Below are positions 58,399 to 64,000 of a stretch of 64,000 nt of DNA, in pieces (within the stretch, counting starts at the first letter, position 1; each line of letters starts with the position of its first letter). The notes beneath the pieces are model-generated. The model saw only the letters and a list, made by a program, of their open reading frames with translations. It did not search any database and had not been told where the DNA came from. The DNA comes from Heteronotia binoei. Its lineage: Eukaryota. The position numbers were made by a program, and so were the translations under genes. The DNA lies in the NCBI RefSeq assembly GCF_032191835.1, contig NC_083237.1:9610001-9674000 (forward strand), in the 5' to 3' direction.

Positions 58399-61300
58399 AT
58401 GGTGAGGCTAGTGTTGCTGCTTCTATTGCCTCATGTGGCATGTGGAGTGAAGACTTTAAAGTGTCCTGTTTGTGATCCGCTCCCTCTTCCCCATGAATGG
58501 TACCAGTCAGGGGACCTGCTTATTGGTGGGATTACCTCTCAGATCCTTTGCACCTTTCATACATTTTATTTTGTGACCAATCCTTTGCAGGACATGTTGG
58601 GGGCAGCAGAGTAAGGATTTTTTTCCCCTCCTTCCCATGTCCTGGGAGCTTGATGTCTATAACCATTTGTACTCAAGGTTACAGGAGATACAAAGAAAGA
58701 ATATGCCAGTCCAGTCAAAGATTTTCTTTCATGGTGAAGGCTAGTGGGAAAAGACATAGGTTTGAATCTTTTTTGCTTAGTCTCTGTAGCCTCCACATAC
58801 AGGTCCCATTATCTCCAACAGTCCTTTGGGTGCTCAAAGGGAACCCCTCCTTTCTTGTACACCAAATTGTGTCAGATCCAACCCATAGGGTAGAATAGAA
58901 ATATGCAAGCATTTTTGCAAGTCATTTTAGTCCATTACAGATTCAAAACATCTTGTTACTAAAAATGGAATTCATATGATCAGCCATTCTACACAAAACT
59001 TTACCTGTCTCCTCCCTTGCTAGGTTTGCCAGTTTTTACACTTATCATTCTACCTGTCCCTTTAGTATCATCACAACAAGGTGATGTGATTTGCCTCCAT
59101 GTCATGAAAGCATCCTCCTTCCATTTTCTTATATTAAGCCTTCATTTAGGCCATTTTTCCCCCCTGGCTAGTTGGCAATCCAGCCTCCTGGTAAGACTAA
59201 CCACCGAGTGTCAAAATTCGGCCCTTTCCCAGCCGGGCGGTCCATGGACCGCTGAGGCTGGGGGCCGTCCATTGCCTCCCCGCGCGGATGAGAGGCAATG
59301 GTTCCTTCCAAGGGTGGGGGCTAGGAGCGGCCTTATAAGGCCGCTCCCGCCCCAAATACGCAGTTCCATTTCGTTGTCGGCCCGCCCACCCACCCGTCAA
59401 GCAGTGCAGGCAGAGGCTGGTCGCTCGTTCTAGGGGGCCGGGTAGGAATTTTTCGCCCTCAGACGTATTGGCTTTGTCTGGGGGTGTTTTTGCCTACCTT
59501 GCACTGCTGATGTTCTGGTGCTGGCAATTGGATTGGCGGAGCCGTTATAGGTCGGTCACTGGCAGTTTGTGTTGGCATTATGTTTCGGGGATTGGTGAGC
59601 TCCCGTTGCATCGCGCCGTTTTGGTGCATGGCTTCCCTGGGGAACTGCAAGCTGTACGGCCCAAGGTTGCTCCAGGAAGGCTTCCGATCCCGGCACGCGG
59701 TGAGTGTCCGCATCCTAGGCTGCAAGGCTGTGGGGATGGCGGAGCTCAGGTGTGGTGATCATGTTGCCGGGCCGGCCGGGTCTGAGCCGTTTGGTTGGCT
59801 CATACCCGGGGCTCAGGGGGCTCGCCCAGTTTCAGGTCTAGGAGGTGGTCGCTTGACCCCTGGCTTTACCTGTTCCCCATGTTTGCCCTTGCCGTTGAGT
59901 TTAATAAAGTGGCCCTTCAATCCAATCTTGTGTATGTCTCGTTATTCCGCCTGGGGGGGGGGGGGCAATGTGCAGTTTCTATATGTGGTTTATGAAGTAG
60001 AGGTTCTTTCAAGAGCAACAGAAAGAGGTCATGTATACATGTGTCACCTTACAAGTTGTTGACTCTGGAGTTATCTCAATGTCATTCTCTTAGAAATCTG
60101 ACAATGTAAGAATTGAAGGATGGGGGCAGGGTGATAACGGAAATTAAAAAAAAAAACACTGAGAATGAGAGAAACTAACAAAAAGAACCCTCTGAAGACA
60201 ATTATATCTTGTGAACTGAGGTTTTGATGAACCGGAGCACACTTAGATGATTAGCAAAAGGAAATGAAAGCCCTTCACAGCACATATATGCTTTGATTGG
60301 TTATAAGTAGTGCGTTGCTTAAAAAAAGAAAAAAAGAGATCAGCTGTGAAGTGCAAGCAATGGAATAGATAGTATTTGTGCATCAAAGAGTTATCCCAAA
60401 AAAGTTATTTTGACTCCATACAAAAATATTTATTAACTCAGAACTCATCCATAACAAAGGGTTTATTTACCAATTAACTGATACAAGATATACTTTATAA
60501 GTCTTATATAGGCAGGTTTTATAAAGAAATGATGTAAAGTATTTTTTTAAAAATTTTTATCTGCAGCATGATGACAAAGCTCTACCAACATTGTCTCACA
60601 TTGGCATTTGCTGTAGATGAAATCAACAAGAATCCCAATATTTTGCCAAATCTCACTCTTGGGTTCCACATCTTGGACAGCTACTACGATGCAAGGATGA
60701 CCTATCAAAGCACCCTGGACCTGTTCTTCAGAGCACATAGACTTGTCCCCAACTACAAATGCAAGAGCCAGAAAAAAATAATTGCAGTCATTGGGGGACT
60801 CAGCTCTGAGGTATCCTACCGAGTGGCAGAAATTTTAAGTCTCTACAAAATTCCACAGGTATGATCAGTATATGGGAGTGTAAATTGACATGATAACACT
60901 GTTTCTATTGGAGTAACTTCAGGTTTAAAGAGTATGAATGAAATAAAATTAAAGAAATACTTGGTATTTTGAGGAATATCGTGAATTGAATTGCTTTGTG
61001 AGAGGGAAAAATAATGAAGGATGTGTCCAAAATGTTCCTTAAAGCTCTTTTCATTCCAGTGGGCTTTCCCCAAGAACTGAACTTCAGGTAATCTAGTTTG
61101 AACTCCACTTGACCACTATTACAACCAATTTTTTTTATTTGCATAAAGAGATATAAAACACATCAAAACACTTCATATTTCATCTGTACAACATGTATAA
61201 ATTTCTTTTCAGGTCACTTATGGATCATTTGCTCCAGAAGAGAAGAGCATGACTCAGTCCACTTCCTTTTTCTACATGTCCCCGAATGAATCCCATCAGT

Positions 61301-63259
61301 ATATGGGGATTATCCAATTGCTTCTCCACTTTGGGTGGACATGGGTTGGGCTTTTAGCTGTGGATGATGACAGTGGGGAACATTTCTTGAACACTATGGA
61401 GCCATTGCTTTCCAAACATGGGATCTGTTTGGCCCTTACAGGAAAAATTCCTAACCGAGCAAATTGGGATACTTTGGTAGACCTCAATGCTTTATCATCA
61501 AATATATATCTACCATTTATGGATGCAAAAACAAGTACATTTATCCTCTATGGAGAATCTAGAACTCTTGTAAGATTGATCTCTTTGATGTACCTAGGAG
61601 ATCCTGGGTATAATACTTCACTTGAACGAGTTTGGATTATTACTTCTCAGGTTGATTTTGCAATAACAGGAGTTCAAAGAAGATGTGACTTGCAGTTCTT
61701 TCATGGTGCTATTTCCTTTACAATTTGTTCGAATGAGCTTCAAGGGTTCCACAAATTCATTCAGCTCATAAAACCTTGTTATTCACCAGTAGATGGTTTT
61801 CTCAAGGAATTCTGGGAACTAGCTTTTGATTGTTTGTGTCCAAATCCTAGAGTACCAGTGGATGTCAATGATGCATGTACTGGAAAGGAGAAGCTAGAGA
61901 GCCTCCCAGAACCTTTATTTGAAATGCGCATCACTGGCCACAGCTATAGCATTTATAACGCAGTCTATGCTATAGCACATGCATTGCATGCCATGCTCTC
62001 ATCAAGATCCAATCTCAGAGCAATGGGAGATGATGAAAAAATTGAAAATCAAGATTTCCAGCCCTGGCAAGTAATGAAATGAAATACTTGAAATGAAATA
62101 ATCATGACCAGAATAGAATAGTCAAAATTCTCCCATATAAGATTAACTGAGATTAATGGATTTATTAATCATTTAAAAAGAGGTTTTTTTAAAAAAAAAT
62201 GACATTGACTTCTATATTTGGACCATGTGAGAAAGTAATATTAATTTATTATTTAATGCATTTATACCTCACTTTTCTCCCCAGTGGGGACCTAAGGAGA
62301 TTAACATCATTCTGCTTTCCTAGACTTTTTTTCTTTTTCTTTTTTTAAAACACACTGTCCTGTTAGTTAGATTAGGCTTAGAGAGTGTGACTGACCCAAC
62401 TAACCCATTGAGCTTCCATAACAAAAGTTGAGATTCACACTCAGGTCTCCCAGATATTTGCCTGACACTCTTAACCTCTGCACCATACTGACTCCCATTA
62501 TGTATGTAAATATACGGTTTACCATCCTTGTCAATTCATGTGTTTTTTTTTTTGTGCCTTTGATTTTAAAAAAAAAAAGTAGATGAATCAAGTGGTTTAA
62601 GGCAGGACAAGTCCCTATTTTTCCATACCTTTTCGCAAAGAGTGTTAATGACTAAAACTGGATCTCACTAATCCATTTTGAATCCATTTAGAAGGCTTTT
62701 TGTGCTGCCTTTCCCCTTAGTTCAGCGTGCAAAGGAGCAGTCAGAATATTAAAGCAAATTTTAAAATGTATGTATGTAACAGAGAAGAAAAGTCGTCGCA
62801 TGTTGGGTGGGTGAAGGGACAAAGAAATCTCCCTGGGGAAAGAATTAAGGTTGATGCCACAACTGAAATGTTCCATTCTTGGCTTACCACTGATCTATCA
62901 CAGAAGGTGGCACCTCTCAAAGCAGGGCATTCAATAATAGCACTAGTGGGCAGATTGGTCCATGCGGGAGTAGGATGTACTTGGACAGTGAAATACTGAC
63001 ATGTTTTCTCCCCCCCCCCCCTTTAAATTAGCTCCACCCATTTCTTCAAGGCATTTCATTTAACAACTCAGCTGGAGAAAAAGTGTCTTTTAATGAGAAC
63101 ATGGAAGTGGAATCTGGGTTTGATATAACAAACCTGGTCACATTCCCAAATCAATCTTTCCTTCGAGTGAAAGTTGGACATTTAGATCTTAATTCTTTGG
63201 AAGGCAACAAACTCATTATTCATGAGGATCTAATTGTGTGGCAAAAACATTTTAGCCAG
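58399..63259 (+). CDS. Vmn2r: V2R gene D, exons 1-4 (exons 5-6 lie beyond the window); close paralogue of C
   Basis: Exons 58399-58610, 60567-60858, 61213-62070, 63032-63259; AG/GT boundaries, open frame. Confidence 0.93.
59212..59968 (+). mobile_element. Short GC-rich non-coding element, relative of 2081-2809, in V2R-D intron 1
   Basis: Starts CAAAATTCGGCCCTTTCCC, ends AATAAAG..TGTCTCGTTATTCC..TGGGGGGGGGGGGGCAA. Empty site in gene C intron 1 (ACTGAACATCCAAATTTGCAGTTT, about 42758-42782). Confidence 0.75.
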
Positions 63260-63419
63260 GTATTATGTTGTTGTTGTTCTTCTTCTGCTGCTGCTGCTGC
63301 TGTTGCTGCTTCTTCTTCTTCTTCATCATCATCTCAGAGACAATCAGATAATATTTTAGCAGTTAGGTTTATGGAAAAATTCATAAACCTAACTGCTAGC
63401 CAGTTCATAAACCTAACTA

Positions 63420-63695
63420 AGAGCCAGTTTGGTGCAGTGGTTAAATGTACAGACTCATATCTGGGAGAACCGGGTTTGATTCCTCACTCCTCCACTTGTA
63501 GCTGCTGGAATAGCCTTAGGTCAGCCATAGCTCTGGCAGAGGTTGTCCTTGAAAGGGCAGCTTCTGTGAGAGTCCTCTCAGCCCCGCCCACCTCACAGGA
63601 TGTCTTTTGTCGGGGAGGAAGATAAAGGAGATTGTGAGCCGCTCTGAGATTCGGAGTGGAGGACGGGATATAAATCCAATTTCTTCTTCTTCTTC
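63420..63695 (+). mobile_element. tRNA-derived SINE in V2R-D intron 4
   Basis: Full-length copy with a (CTT)n tail. Confidence 0.88.
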
Positions 63696-64000
63696 CTGTG
63701 TCTTGATCTAGCTATTATCCAAATATGAACTTTCACGTATTAAAAAACCCTTAAAGCAAGTTAAAAATTTAAAGTTGCAAGTACATCTATTCTAGTCAAC
63801 ATTTGAACACACTTCTAAATTATCTGTACACATGAAACAACAGTTTATTATAATATTTGAACTGTCAAGTTGCAGCTGATTTATCATGACTGTGCATGTC
63901 TTTCAAACCAAAACACATTAAAATGTAGTTTGTCATTGCCTGCTTCTGTTCAGTAGCCCAGTACCCATTGATGGTCTCCCATACAAATATGGACCAGGCC

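Noticed and set aside
63083-63625. Extended exon-4 ORF with poly-Cys/Ala/Ser suggesting a secreted V2R isoform
   Set aside because: Read-through past a good GT donor into a microsatellite and a SINE; no sequence evidence for intron retention.
1-64000. IGH D, J or constant-region exons
   Set aside because: No WGxG J motif with an upstream RSS, no short segment flanked by paired 12-RSSs and no C1-set exon was recognised.

Overview
Squamate reptile genomic DNA, probably a gecko (inferred from its SINE, CR1, Bov-B and L2 content); draft assembly with N-gaps at 25568-25728 and 34531-34763. Four tandem vomeronasal type-2 receptor (V2R, class C GPCR) genes lie on the + strand with the canonical six-exon layout (about 212/292/864/228/127/900 bp). 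Gene A is 5'-truncated by the window, gene B has a +1 frameshift in exon 1, gene C is complete and intact (874 aa), and gene D is 3'-truncated. Between these genes, on the - strand, lie five immunoglobulin heavy-chain V segments (leader exon, intron, V exon, RSS, octamer-type promoter) and one orphan duplicated VH promoter+leader. No D, J or C segments were seen. Main points: (1) VH segments and V2R genes are interleaved, with evidence that they duplicated together, and twice a VH promoter sits head-to-head with a V2R promoter; (2) one VH has had its 23-bp RSS spacer converted to a 12-bp spacer by an exact 11-bp deletion; (3) a TSD-less mobile element family is present, with one copy encoding an SGNH hydrolase and two short non-coding relatives. 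The rest is dense TE content (hAT and Harbinger MITEs; tRNA-derived, 5S-derived and Sauria SINEs; CR1, L2, L1, Bov-B and Penelope fragments). All coordinates were read by eye and no database search was run.
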